Assembly (NCBI GenBank): GCA_013265495.1
Contig: MU058134.1
Location: forward strand, 1 to 64,000
DNA length: 64,000 nt
Direction: 5' to 3'
Source of the DNA: Vicugna vicugna
Taxonomy: Eukaryota
The notes beneath the pieces are model-generated. The model was not told the DNA's origin and did no database searches. It worked only from the letters and a program-made list of their open reading frames with translations. Positions 26,592 through 39,037 of the stretch are shown piece after piece (the stretch's first letter is position 1; each line of letters begins with the position of its first letter). A program made the translations under genes and the position numbers.

Positions 26592-27409
26592 CTGCAGCCC
26601 GAAGGGGGAGCAAACAGTCACAGCACACACTCTCTCAGCCAGGAAAACATCACCTTGCCCATTTCTGTGTGTGTTTAAAATTTCCAGCAACTTATCCAGG
26701 GACCAAAAGCCATTTCTTTTACTTAGAATAGGAAATGATCTTCCACACTGGCACCAGTTAATGGGTTGACCATAGGATGTGACCTACAGCTCTGGGTGGA
26801 ACTCCACTTGAGTTGACCAGCCACGGTAAGCAACAAGCAACCATCCACCTCTTCCAATTGTTTATGGCTTGGTAATCAGTCCAAGTGCTGAAATCAAAGT
26901 GAGAACTGGGGAAAGGTGTGGAAGAACAGAGACTAAAGGTGGATCTGAAAAGGGCATAGTGTGGGCCATGGGACAGGGAGAAACAGGCCACAGTGGGCAC
27001 AGGTGAGTCTGAGAAGGTACCAGGTCCAACATGAGTGGCACCCAGCGTGGCCAGCTAGGTTTAGTGAAAGCAGAATCACTCTTCCTTGCTCTAAAATGTC
27101 AGTAGTTGAAACATTTGCACCTTGGCCTCTCTCTTGTCATACCACTTTAGTTCTGTGTTCAGTGAATATGATGAGATAGCATCTCTCCTCGTGATGAAAT
27201 GCCAGTGCTTCAGGAGCTAAGTATAATACGGGTGGATCCAGTCAAATAGGGCTGCTGTCAATGGGATATGAACAGCCCTCCTGGCAAGGTATGGTCATCA
27301 CTGTGAGAAGGAAGAGGAGGAGGAAAATCAAACAAAACGAGCAATTTTATCTTTTGTCTCAGAGTTCAGAACAGCAGGGAAACTGTGATTTTATGAAAAG
27401 AACTACCCC

Positions 27410-27660
27410 AGATGAGTAAGTTCTGGGGGTCTAGTGTACAACATGGTGACTACAGTTACTAGCACCATGTTATAGCCTTGAACGAGAGTAGATCTGAAAT
27501 GTTCTCACCACACAAAAAAGGTAACTGTACGAGGGAATGCATGTGTTAATTAACTTAATTATGGGCATCCTTTCACAATATATATGTATTTCAAATCGTC
27601 ACATTGTACACCTCAAATAAACACAGTTTTATTTGTCAGTTATACCTCAAGAAAGCTGGG
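27410..27660 (+). mobile_element. L1M 3' UTR end
   Basis: agatgagtaagttctgggggtctagtgtacaacatggtgactacagt...gagagtagatctgaaatgttctcaccac...tatacctcaagaaagctgg. Confidence 0.85.
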
Positions 27661-27924
27661 GGTGGGGAGAGTTACCCCATACTGTATATAACATCTTATA
27701 TTTCCAAAAGTTGCAAGTTTGTTTTCACTTAGCAAACCTAGGTGGCCCTGAGACAATATTTGTTAAAGCCCTAAAATAGATTGTAATCTGTTTTATAAAA
27801 TAATTTGTTGTTATGTGGTCATGGGTTCAATAATATATTCTACAAATGTTGATGGAGAGTCTACCATGTGACAGGCCCTGTTCCAGAAATATAGCCATGA
27901 ACAGCATTCCAAATGTTTGAAAAG

Positions 27925-28105
27925 GATGCTTCTCACACTGATTGTGCATCAGAATTACCTGGAGGGCTTGTTCAACAAAACACAGATGGCTGGGCCCCAT
28001 CCCCAAAGTTACTGATTCAATGAGTCTGGAATGAGGGCCCAAGAATCTGCATTTGCACACCAGGTTGGGAAAGGATACTTCTGGTCCCAGGACCCCAGAT
28101 TGCGA
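27925..28105. mobile_element. MER5A-like hAT element
   Basis: gcatcagaattacctggagggcttgtt...gctgggccccatcccc...gggcccaagaatctgcattt. Confidence 0.8.
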
Positions 28106-28191
28106 GCTACTGTCCCCTTTCGCTCTTCCCTGCAACGGGAAGAGGTCTCTTGAAGGAGTGGATGGAAAACTTAACTTCTCAACAGATCTAC

Positions 28192-28342
28192 CTCTCTTAG
28201 CAGCTTTGTGGATGGGGGAGGCCAGACCACTCACAGGGTGGGGGCTGGCTCCATGCTGCAGAAGCAAATTCACACAGTCCTGGCTGCCGCTGACACAAGC
28301 ATTAAACAAGGGAGTGTGCCAGTCTGCAGTAACACCATTCAC
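28192..28342 (-). pseudogene. ASB9: ASB9-like exon, 151 bp: VNGVTADWHTPLFNACVSGSQDCVNLLLQHGASPHPVSGLASPIHKAAKR(G)
   Basis: ttttctag|GTG ... G|gtagat. Corresponds to the start of ORF 27827..28342. Confidence 0.95.
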
Positions 28343-28711
28343 CTAGAAAACAATAGCTCCAGGATGAAGGCAGGGAGTGGGGCGACCCTGATTCAAATCT
28401 AAGTTCCATCACTTTCAAGCTATTATTTAACTTCTCGGAGACCTTCAATTCCACAGCTATAAAATGGAGACAAAAATAACAAATTCTACACAGTTGCCAT
28501 GAAAAGCTGAATGAGGTATGGATTGTAAGCTACCAAAAATGTGTCTGAATCTTCTGTCTCCTCCATGCCCTCCCCAAGAACATGAACTTTGAAACTACTT
28601 AGGATGGTCAATAGCTTACAAACTAATCTTATTTTAAACACTCCCATCTGAGATCCATCCCACCCCAATCCAATTTCCCCACAACAGTTAGAGTAATCTT
28701 TTAAAATTGTT

Positions 28712-28873
28712 GGGGGAGGGTATAGCTCAAGTGGTAGAGGGCATGCTTAGCACGCACAGGGTCCTGGGTTCAATTCCCAGTCCCTCCTCTAAAAATAGAT
28801 AAATAAACAAGTTAAACCTAATTCCCCCACCCCTGAAAAAAAAAACTAAAAAAAAAAAAAGAATAAAAAAAAA
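28712..28873 (+). mobile_element. tRNA-derived SINE (camelid Vic-1-like) in the ASB9-like intron
   Basis: A box (tagctcaagtggtag), B box (gggttcaattccc), A-rich tail, and a near-perfect TSD aaaattgtt / aaaattgct. Confidence 0.9.
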
Positions 28874-29858
28874 ATTGCTACTTATTTTCTTTTCAAAATT
28901 AAAAACATTGCTTCCATACAAATATAGAGTGAACACAAGCCAAAGATTTTATGCAACTCATTCATTAATGAGGGAACCAGTAAAACTGGCTGGCTCAAAG
29001 AATTTATAGAGCCAGTCAGTGGAATGCCAAAATAAACTGGCTAATCGATACAAAGCTGGTTAATATCGTACAGGGCCATAAAACTGGCATCTTTGGGGCG
29101 ATCTTTGCTAGCATTGGAAACGAGACTAAAACTTACAAGCTAACATCTAACATCACAATGTAAATCAAATGGCAAAGAATGAAGCCAAATGCAGGTGAAT
29201 TTTTCTGTATCAAGTAATTCTTTGGTGAACCTGTTTTTAAACAATGATGCTGTGAAGACTCATAGGCTATTTCCACGCGATGCCAGGACAAGCGAGTGAG
29301 GCACAAAAGATGGCCAGGTGCACACTTGGAGGAGACGCTCACTCCCAGGGTCATGAAAGGGCTTCAAGACCCCGAGCGTGAGCAGCTCTTTAAAGTCTGC
29401 ACCCTTGGCACCTCTCTTGCGTCTGCTTGGTCCTGGCCCTGTTCTCAAGTTTGCGGTAAGTCTTCTTAAGAAAAACATAACCCTGATGATGCACTCGTCT
29501 ATAGCTCTCTGAGGCTCTCAGGGCAGAGCCCGTTTTCTTGGCTGGACAACAAGCTCATTGTGTTCTGACCTCTCACCTGCTCTGTTCTGCTGCTCTAAGG
29601 AATGATTTGAAGTCATGAACCAGGCGCTCAGTTTCACTTCTAGGCTGTTGCACTTGTTGTTCCCAATGGGTGGAAAACTCAGCGTTTCCCCAACCCACCA
29701 TTCAGCTGGCTACTCCAACAGATCCTTTAGGTTTCAAGTGAGACATCATTTCCTGTAAGAAGCCTCTTCTGACTCCCTCTTTCTCCATCAGAAATAAATG
29801 ACTTAGGAACACTTCTGTGTGTTCCCAACAGTCCACTTACTATTTGTACTTATTACAT

Positions 29859-30358
29859 TGGGGTAGTTGGCAAAAATGACCACAGATTCTCGGCCCAAGA
29901 TGCACAATCCCTTTGTAATGTGGTTTTCCAACTCCTCCCATCACAAGATGGAGACTGTTCGGTCCTTGAATCTGGGCTTGCCCACATGAATTGCTTTGGC
30001 TGATGGGACAGTAACAAATGTGATGCTAGCAGAGAGTTGACCCTTTTTTCCTGCTCTTGAAATCCCTGCTACTATGTGGAAAAGCCCAGGCCTCCTGCAA
30101 AAAGATGAGACACCACAGAGAGATTTCCTGTCTCCCCAGACTTCTCAGCCATCCCAGTCAAGGTCACCATGAACCAGTCTGCCCCAGCTGACCTATCAGC
30201 TAACTCCAAATGCCTCAGTAAGCCCAGCTGAGGTTAGCTGAAGCAGGCCAGACCGAAGAGCTGTCCAGCTAACACAAGGAACTGGGAGAGAAAAAATGGC
30301 TATTGTTTTAAGTCAATAAGTCAGGGCAGTTTGTTACACAGCAAAAACTAATAGATAT
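29859..30358 (+). mobile_element. MaLR (MLT1) LTR
   Basis: ccttgaatctgggcttgccc...ttgctttggc, ending tattgttttaagtcaataagtcagggcagtttgttacacagcaa. Confidence 0.8.
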
Positions 30359-30384
30359 GTCTGTGAGTTTCTAGTTTGTAAACC

Positions 30385-30655
30385 ACAGTTACCAAAGGGG
30401 AAAGGGGTGGAGAGAAGGATAAATTAGGAGTTTGGGATTAACACATACACATTACTATATGTAAAATAGTTAAGCAACAAGGACCTACTATATAGCATAG
30501 GGAACTATATTCAGTATCTTGTAATAACCTATAATGGAAAAGAATCTGAAAATGAATATATATATATATTTATATTTATATGTATAACTAAGTCAGTTTG
30601 CTGTACACCTGAAACTAACACATTGTGAATCAATAAATAAATAAATAAATTTTTA
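30385..30655 (+). mobile_element. L1 3' UTR fragment
   Basis: gttaccaaaggggaa...gataaattaggagtttgggattaaca...agcatagggaactatattca...gctgtacacctgaaactaacac, followed by an (AATA)n tail. Confidence 0.9.
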
Positions 30656-30728
30656 AACTAATGGATAAAAACAGTTTATTGTAATTGCCTGCTGTGAAAA
30701 AAATACAAAAACAAAAAAAGTGATTGCC

Positions 30729-31141
30729 TGTTGTGGCTGAGATGCTAAGCATACAACAAACTTATTTCCTCTCTCCTGAGCACAGAGCCATAGTATGCTT
30801 CCCAGCCTCCCTGGTGATTAGACATGGCCTAAGTTCTGGTCAGTGCGATGTGAGCAGAAGTAACATATGTCACTGCCAATACTGGCCCTTCAAAGTCTTT
30901 CATTCACAATCCTCCAAGTCTTGTCCCCTTCCAACCATCTGGAATGGAGCACACATGGGAGCCACTTGTTGAAGACAGCAGAGCAATCGGATGAGAGGAG
31001 CCTGTGTCCTGGAATCACCTTGGAAAATAGCCACCCAGCCGGGAACACCCACAATGGAGTTTGAGTTGAACAAGAAATAAACTTTTATTATACTAGACTA
31101 CGGAGATTTTAGAGTTTATCTCTTAAAGCAGCCAGTGTTAC
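30729..31141 (+). mobile_element. MaLR (MLT1) LTR
   Basis: ttcccagcctccctggtgattagacatggcc...aagttctggtcagtg...gaacaagaaataaacttttatt. Confidence 0.75.
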
Positions 31142-31924
31142 ATTCAGCAATTTACCTGTTTATCTGGTTGTCCCCTCATTTAGTGTATAAGTTCCTAAAA
31201 ATATTTATCTAGAGTTAGACACATAATAAATACTCAGTAACTCCCAGGTGAGAGAATATGAGAAAGCCATGTCGAGTTTTTGAGCAGATTTTCCCATCGC
31301 TTTTGAGCATGAGAGGACGTAGTTAATGTAAGACCTACTGGTCCCCACTTTGAAATTCAATGACTTTGTATCTTCCTTCTCGAGGATCTCATTATGCCGC
31401 TCTGATTCCCATTCTCCAAATAATAATATGCCTTCTCTCTCTCAATCCTCACAATACCACAATATGCTACATCATGTTTTTGGTTATTCTCCCTGTTTTT
31501 CTTTTTTCTCATATGTAGACTCTAACAGCTCACAGGCTAAGTGATTTGTCCAAACTTTCCAACGTTAGTAAATGGTAGAGACGGTCTGGGACCATTATTC
31601 AGGTCTTATGGAGCCAAATGTTATATGTTTTCTACAATGCATCATTACCTTCCACCCATACGAATGAAGGCAGAAATCTAACAACTATTTATCACAAGCG
31701 ATTGTTTAAGAAAATGACACAGACTTTAATCATTACTTTCTAGCTAAAAATGCAGTATTTCATCTACCACTACAGCAAATAAGGTTGATGAACATAATAC
31801 TTTTGAAAAAACCCTGTTCATATTTCAAGTCATACTAATCAAAAATACTGGAAATTATTCAGAAGGACTATAAATAGTCATTTTTCATTCATGGTTTCTA
31901 AGATGTGATTCGAGTTGCCCTCAC

Positions 31925-32032
31925 CTGAGCTCCATGCTTTAATAAAATGTTTGCACAAGAAGGATGACCTCCAGGACAGGCTTCATGGAGTGGGGACACA
32001 TAATCTGCCGTGATGAGGTTCACAGGCCACCT
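31925..32032 (-). pseudogene. ASB9: ASB9-like exon, 108 bp: [36 protein letters not shown]
   Basis: ccctccag|AGG ... CAG|gtgagg, phase 0-0, ankyrin SPLHEAC motif. Confidence 0.93.
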
Positions 32033-32132
32033 CTGGAGGGCTGAAAATGGGCAGAGTAAGGAGTGCAGAGCAAGACTTCTGTAGGTCTGGTTTCCAGCCA
32101 TGAAACCAGCACAAGATAATTTAAAGTTACCC

Positions 32133-32922
32133 TGGCTCATCAGTAAAAAGGCCACGAACGATAAATGCTGGAGAGGGTGTGGAGAAAAGGGAACCCTCCT
32201 ACACTGCTGGTGGGAATTCAGTTTGGTGCAGCCACTGAGGAAAACAGTATGGAGATTCCTCAAAAGACTAGGAATAGACTTACCATATGACCCAGGAATC
32301 CTGTTTCTGGACATATATCCAGGAGGAACCCTACTTCAAAAACATACATGCACCCCGATGTTCACAGCAACACTATATACAATAGCCAAGACATGGAAAC
32401 AACCGAAATGTCCATCAAGAGATGACTGGCTAGAGAAGCTGTGGTATAATTATACAATGGAATACCAATCAGCCATAAAAAAGAATAAAATAATGCCAAA
32501 GACAGCAACACGGATGGACCCGGAGAATGTCATTCTAAGCGAAGTAAGCCAGAAAGAAAGAAACATACCATATGATATCACTCCTACCTGGAATCTAAAA
32601 AAAAGAAAAAGGCAAACGAACTTGTTTACAAACAGAAACAGATTCACAGACATAGAAAACAAACTTATGGTTCCCGGCGGGGAAGGAGAAGGAAGGGATC
32701 AGTCAGGAGTTCGAGATTTGCAAATACTAACTACTGCATATAAAACAGAAAAACAACTAGTTTATACTGTATAACACAGGGAACTATATTCAACATCTTA
32801 TGGTGAAAAATAACATGAAAAGGAATATATGTATACTCATGTGTGACTGAAGCATGGTGCTCTACACCAGAAATTGACACAACAGTGTAAACTGACTATA
32901 ACTCAATAAAAGTTTTTAAAAA
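32133..32922 (+). mobile_element. Young 5'-truncated LINE-1 (ORF2 C-terminus + 3' UTR)
   Basis: ORF 32100..32774: [18 protein letters not shown]...TIAKTWKQPKCPS. The 3' UTR ends tataactcaataaaa. Confidence 0.95.
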
Positions 32923-32924
32923 AT

Positions 32925-34140
32925 GATTCTTTTTCTTTGGCTTTCATTATTTGAAAGTGACATGTCTTAGCAGTCTCTTTGTTTTTATCCTGTGTCCCTT
33001 TCTCTTCTTGGATGTGTAGATTAATCTTTTTCATCACATTTGGGAAGTTTTCAGCCATTATTTATAAAATGTTTCCTGCCCCCTTTTCTCTCTTCTATCC
33101 AGGGGACACTAGTACACGTTTGTCGGTGTATGAATGTGCCCCACATTTCGCAGAGGCTCTGTTCCTTCCCCGTTTTCTCTGAGCTTCCGCTCACATGGTC
33201 GCTTTTGCTCCGCCATCCCGCTTCTACTCTTGAGCCCATCCAATTTCCACTTCAATCTTTGTACCTTTTAACTTGACAATTTCCATTTTGATGATTTCTA
33301 TCTCTTGACTGATACTATTTGACGAGACACTTCCTTTAATTCTTCAGACATGGTCTCGTTCAGTCCATTGACCATATTTATGGTGGCTCCTTTGAAGTCG
33401 TTGGGTGCTAAGGCCGACATCTCAGTCCCTTCCAAAGCCTTTTCTTTGCCTGTTTTCCTGGGCGTGGACCACACTTTTCTGCTTCATCACGTGTCCTCAC
33501 ATTTTCTTGCTGAAAGCTGAACATTTAAATACCATGTGGTAGCCACTCTCAATTCTTTTTTTTTCCTGTTTTCAAAAGTTTAATGTAAACTGCGTGCATT
33601 TGTAGCATCTTTATTACTTGCATACAGAAATATTTTCATATAGCAACTGTCGATTCTAATCCCCTGCCCGCCCCCACCCATCCCTGGTTTGTCTGTGTGT
33701 TCATTGATTTATTTGTCTAGTGAGTTGGCTGAACTAACTCTGTGACTTCCATTTCCCCTGCAGTGTGCAGCCTCTGATGTCCCTGCTCAGTGTTCTCTTT
33801 CTTGGTTTCACCTTTTAGCCTGGCCACCTAGGGGTCACCTTGGGCCAGCACAAGCCACTTATCAGGCAAAGGTTGTGCTTAAGGCCCGGTGGCCTGTTAG
33901 ATTTTTGCCCTTTACCTCTGGATGTCTGTGTGACATGGAGGCTGCTCTCTCAGTTTATGTGTATTTTGTCCCACGTCAGCCAAAGACCAAAGACCACCTG
34001 TGCACCCATCTCTCCTGAGAGGCACAGCCTTGGGCGTGCACACAGCCTTCCAGAGTGCCAGGGGTGTGTGTGGTTTGTTCTTCAGAGCTGTTCCTAGGTC
34101 AGGGTGGCCTACCGCCCAGCCTGTTTGGTCAGAAATTGTG
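32925..34140 (-). mobile_element. Old L1M 5'-region fragment (antisense)
   Basis: tcttggatgtgtagattaatctttttcatcacatttgggaagttttcagccattattt and the T-rich antisense L1-like sequence that follows. Confidence 0.6.
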
Positions 34141-37100
34141 CTGAGGCCGTGAGTGCTGGTGGGCCTGTGTCACTGGGGCTGGGTTCCATTCCTCACCATG
34201 AGACACGGCCACTTCATTCTGGTCTTCTAGCTCACGACCGGATGCCCCTGTGACTGACAGGCCCCACGTGCCCAGTGAGTGTTTACAGACTGAAGCAGCA
34301 GCACAGCCATCACTGGATCTAGAAATAGGCTGTGCCCACCGCCCCAGGAGGAGCCCCGGGGCCCCTGTGGTCACTGCTGCCCCACCGGGGTGACCTTGCA
34401 TCTGCCCTGTCATCCTAGTTCCTGCTGGTTTGTAAGTTGTGTGCCTGTGACTCACTCTGTGTGCCCTCGAGAGGGTGTGACCAGTGGTCCTCCAGGAAAC
34501 AGACACTGACACAGAGAGAACTTTGACAGATTTCATTAGGGGTGACAATAGGAGAGACAACAGCAGAGGGGGCAGGATAAAGCAGGGAAACATTTGGGCC
34601 GTAATGCACCTCCGATGTCTTCTCTAGAAACATCACTGCCACAGCTCAGGAGCCTCTTCAGTTTTCAAACTGACTGTGCTTGTAAGGCAAAAGGAGTTTT
34701 ACTTATTTTAATAGGACCTCATTTTTTCCCGATTTTGTCTTCTCTAATGTACGTATGGACTCTGACGGACACTGTAGTCTGTGTGCACATCTCTGTGTCT
34801 ATACAGAATGAAAATAATTGTTTTCACATCTCAGACACAGATCTCAAAATGTGCAAATTCTCATTATATTTCCTTCTTTAACCACTAGGACCTGAGATTT
34901 AGTAGAAGAAAGGAACCCTTCGCCTTATCTTTAAAGCAGAGAATGGTAAGCTCTGGGCCTGAGCTCTTACATCTTCAGTTTAATTTAATGTACTTCCTGA
35001 GGTCTCTTTTGATGATTCTGTGTGCACTTTCTTTTAAACTATGAGAATGCTGAGTGAGAAATATGTCCCAGTCATTTTTCAAAACAATGTGTGTGCTTGA
35101 CCCGACCCTCCTCACAATGACGTCAGGGACCAGCATTACCCCCGGCTCACAGACAACAACGCTGAGACCCTGTGGGGGCCCCACTGAGTCTTGGTGTTAG
35201 GGGATGAACTGCAGGAATTCAAGCAAAGAATCAGAAACTGGATCTTGTGACATAAATGTGGAGATGCCATGCTGACAGTGGGCATAGAGGGAGCAGGAGT
35301 GTGGGGAGAGGGGTCCTGCAGGGGGTCATCCAATCACCCCTGAATTCCCCCAAAGAACCTGACTCATGCTGAAGGGCAAGGCAGCTGCTCAGCTGATTTA
35401 AATCCTGCCTGCACTTTTCAAATCACTGGGGCAAAAGAAAACTTCAGTCACACAAAATATCCTGAAAAAACCAAGCTAAATTTCAGTTTCTCTGATATCC
35501 AGAGGGTTCTTTCATCCAGACCCGTAACTTTCAGAAACCCAAGAGAACAACTGTCTTTACATGAGGTTGTGAACTGAGGGCTTTCTGGAGGCAGTGGGTT
35601 CTGAAGGGGATACGTGCATGGCTGCACTGAGTCCCTTGCACACACACGTGGCTCTGAGTGCACCTCACGCTGCATTCACACGGCCCGCCTGAACTGCCCA
35701 CCCTGCCGGGAGTGACCTTCCAGCTCCATCTGAGTGAACCCAACAAACGCCCACTGGGCAGCCCCTCAATTTCTTTCTTCCCCTCCATACCCTCCTATTC
35801 ACTCCTGGGTGGCTCACGTGTCCCTCTTCTGCACTCTGAGGCCCTGCACGGGCACATCTGCTATGGTGACAAGCTGTCTGTTGTGAATGTCTCTCTCCCT
35901 CACCCCTCGAGGCAACCCCGTGAGCTCCTGAAGTTAGGGGTGTGCTTCACCACTCACAGAGCACAGCACATGGTCCATGCAAGAGGCACATCTGCCAAAC
36001 TGGGACTTGAAATTCATTTGATAGTCTGTCAAAAGTCTCTTTTGTTCTATAGAAGAGACACCCGCTTCCAACATCAGGATGGACAAATGATACAATCCAT
36101 CAAATGTGTGTGCTAGGAAGCTAGACAAACGTCACAAAATCCCAAGTCAGCTTCCCGCAGGCATCACGAGGCCCTGGAGTGACATTACCCTTTCTACAAA
36201 GACTCGACAAGTGAGCAGAAGAACATGATCTCACCTTACCGGGCCCAAAAGGCAACTAGCCTTGTCCAGGAGGAGGTGTGCAAGGGTCCGAGGACAGTGA
36301 CAGCTTATCCATGGAGACGGACACGCAACATGGTCCCTGGAAATAAAGGGGTGCACTAGCATCCACAGTGAACTGCAGACAGGAGACAGAAGTGTGTTGG
36401 ATGAAAAGACAAAAGGACTAACATCGACAGAAGCTGAACGACAATGCAGCAGCTGTCGGCACTGTGCGCCCTTCCCTCCACCGGGTGCCCAGAGAGCAGC
36501 ATAGCATGACACACTCCACACAGCCCTCCGGGGCCTGCCTGCAGCCTGGGCTGCACAGGAGGACAACGGGATAAAACACCGTCGCCAAATGTCACCACTG
36601 CTGTCTCTACGTGGGGAAGCCAAGAGGCCTGCCCGAGACGATGCATACACAGCTTCCAGCACACTGACCAAGAAGCGCCTTCCCCACAGGCAGCCTTTCT
36701 GTGCAGGACGACCCTCCCTGCCACCTTCCCCAGCTCCACGGAACCTTGCTCTGCGTCAACAGAGAACACGGAGAAAGAAAGCACGTCAACAGCTCGTCTC
36801 CACACGTGGAAGCAGAGCCGCACCTGGGTGATCGCTCTGCCTGCAGGACCCTGCCAGGCCCTCTCTGCTCCCAACTCACAAAGGACCCCCCTGCGCCCGG
36901 CAGCGGCTACGCTTGGGCGCAAAAGGCTCTGGGGAGCTGTCCTTCACCGAGTCCTGCGGGAGATCAGGCAGAGTGTTCCTCAGGGGACAGTGCTGTCCAC
37001 AGAAGGTACTTAGGCTCCGCCACAATCATCCTTATTCTCAGGGAAGTCTCAACATTAACTTCACTACGCAACGCACACTACGTTTGTCCTATGGGAAAGT

Positions 37101-39019
37101 GAAGTGGGACATCTCAAATCCCACAGCCACCACCACAGGGACTTCAGTTCATGTGCAAAATCCCACGTTGTGTGATGACATAGAGGAGCAGCTCTGACAC
37201 CTTCCAAGGCAGAACCGACCCGGCTCAGCGTAGGGAGCACAATGTCAGGGCTTTGGTGCCAACCGGGATCCCCCCGCAGGGAAATACGCATTTTCACTGC
37301 GGGCTCTTTCACCTACAGCCTCTGTTTCCTACTACAAATGCAACACCTCTGAGAGTCGGGCTTCTCTACCCAGCGTGCAACTGGAGGCAGCGTGCAAGGC
37401 ACGTTGACCTCCCGAGGACAGACCGTGATGGGTTGACATTTACTACCCGCAAGACGACTCAAACTTGCACAAAGCACACGGCATAAAGCTGGAGGGAGGG
37501 CTTTGCTCATTTCTCACTTACGAGGACTTCAACGGACATTCTAACCAGGAGAGTCCCCTAGCCTCAGCCAGGAAACCAGTCGAAGGATGACAATAGGAAT
37601 CTGTCCCAATGACCCAGGAGCAACCCCAAGAGAACGAGGTCAAAAAGGAGTCAGCCGAGCCAGAAGAAGTCAGTGTGGAGCGAGGGCTCACCCTCCTCGT
37701 GCTATTTCGAGAAACACACACTCAAAGTCTGCGCTCCTCGGCTTCCAAGCACTCCCCCGTGGCTTCTGCAGGCACCACCCAAGGTGACTGGGGCTGAGGG
37801 GAGACGGCCACTGGCTCCTGGGCAAGAGTTTGAACTTGAAAAGTAATGGCACGCCAGACCCGTCGCAGAACACACAATCTGGGGACGAGGACAGGAGAGG
37901 CTGCTGGGAAAACAAAAAGGGCACATTTCCCAGACACGCTTCCAACCGAGAACGACCAACCCCATTTACCCGGGCCTCTGTGGTCCCTCTACTTCGCCTG
38001 GTGCTGCCGTGCCGCACTGGACGCACACGCCTTCCTGAATCGAAGGAAAACCACAGATAGGTTTGAGGATTTGTCTTTTCTGCCTAGACTTTGCTGAAGC
38101 ATTACAATTCTCCCAAGCGTTACTTCACCGTAGTACACTCTTTCCCACAGCACAGCAAGGTGGTTGCCGTTCCCCTGATTCTTCCTGTGTAGACCACATT
38201 CTCCTTATTGTGGTATTTTCATTAGTAATCATCCATTGTGCAATGTCAAGGCTCAAACTAGCTGGAGAAATCATTAATGTACTTTCTCCTAACATTAGGC
38301 TCTTCACATCCCCTGCTTTCTAAAGACTTCTATGCACTATTAAACTCCTCTTAGTCTTTCTTCTCCTGTGACCCCCCTGGTCTCTTGGCTCAATAGATGT
38401 CAACTTCCTCTATGGTGTCATTTAGACACCATCGCAGGAGTAAAATTTTCAAGAGTTAAGAAGGCATTTAGACATCAGAAGTCATTGTGTTTACTCTTAG
38501 TTGAATTAAAACGTATACATCACATCCTGGTATTGAGAAAATATTACAAAGATAACTAAAATATAGTATCTTACCTTTACATTTTGACATTTTTTTTACC
38601 TAGGAGAGGCAGAAACATTAAATTTGAAGTCAAATCATATAATTAGTAAATATATGGTTTCTAATAAACTATCAAAACAGTAATCCATTGAAATTACCAT
38701 TATCACTTTGGTTCAGCATAACGATTCATGTGATTAAAAGTCAGGAAAAATCAAAACTTCCTACTTAAGGCATGATCTTTCACTCACCATTTCTGATAGC
38801 ACACTGGTCAATAGCTTATTTTTAAGCAAAAAAAATCTGTCCACATTGTATTAAATAAACACCAATCTATTCAATTGTCATAATATATATTCATGTTGAT
38901 TAACACTGAACTGTATCATTTTCATAGTATGTTGTAATGCATCATTTTTCTGATTTTTTTTTTTTTTCAAACCAAACATCCACACTTAAGTCCAGAAGCT
39001 GGATTGTTGTGTAATCTTC

Positions 39020-39037
39020 GAGAGAGAGAGAGAGAGA
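39020..39037. repeat. (GA)n microsatellite
   Basis: gagagagagagagagaga. Confidence 0.85.

Larger units (their letters stand above)
24920..32032 (-). pseudogene. ASB9: Partial intron-containing duplicate of ankyrin repeat and SOCS box protein 9 (four internal ankyrin exons only)
   Basis: Four exons in the correct order with compatible phases and GT-AG sites, translating to ASB9-like ankyrin repeats. No 5' exons or SOCS-box exon recognised in the window. Confidence 0.92.

Noticed and set aside
28712..28785. tRNA gene
   Set aside because: The A/B boxes belong to a SINE head with an A-rich tail and TSD, and a second copy is present at 57143-57297.
32129..32145. Minus-strand CTG ATG AGC CAG (LMSQ) resembling the end of the preceding ASB9 exon
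   Set aside because: It lies at the start of the L1 sequence, and the only GT donor gives phase 1, which is incompatible with the next exon.
31898..32314. ORF fusing antisense L1 to the ASB9-like exon
   Set aside because: Chance read-through of intron and antisense L1, with no support for expression.
36200..38100. Cluster of short overlapping ORFs in moderately CpG-rich DNA
   Set aside because: No recognisable protein and no consistent splice-bounded frame.
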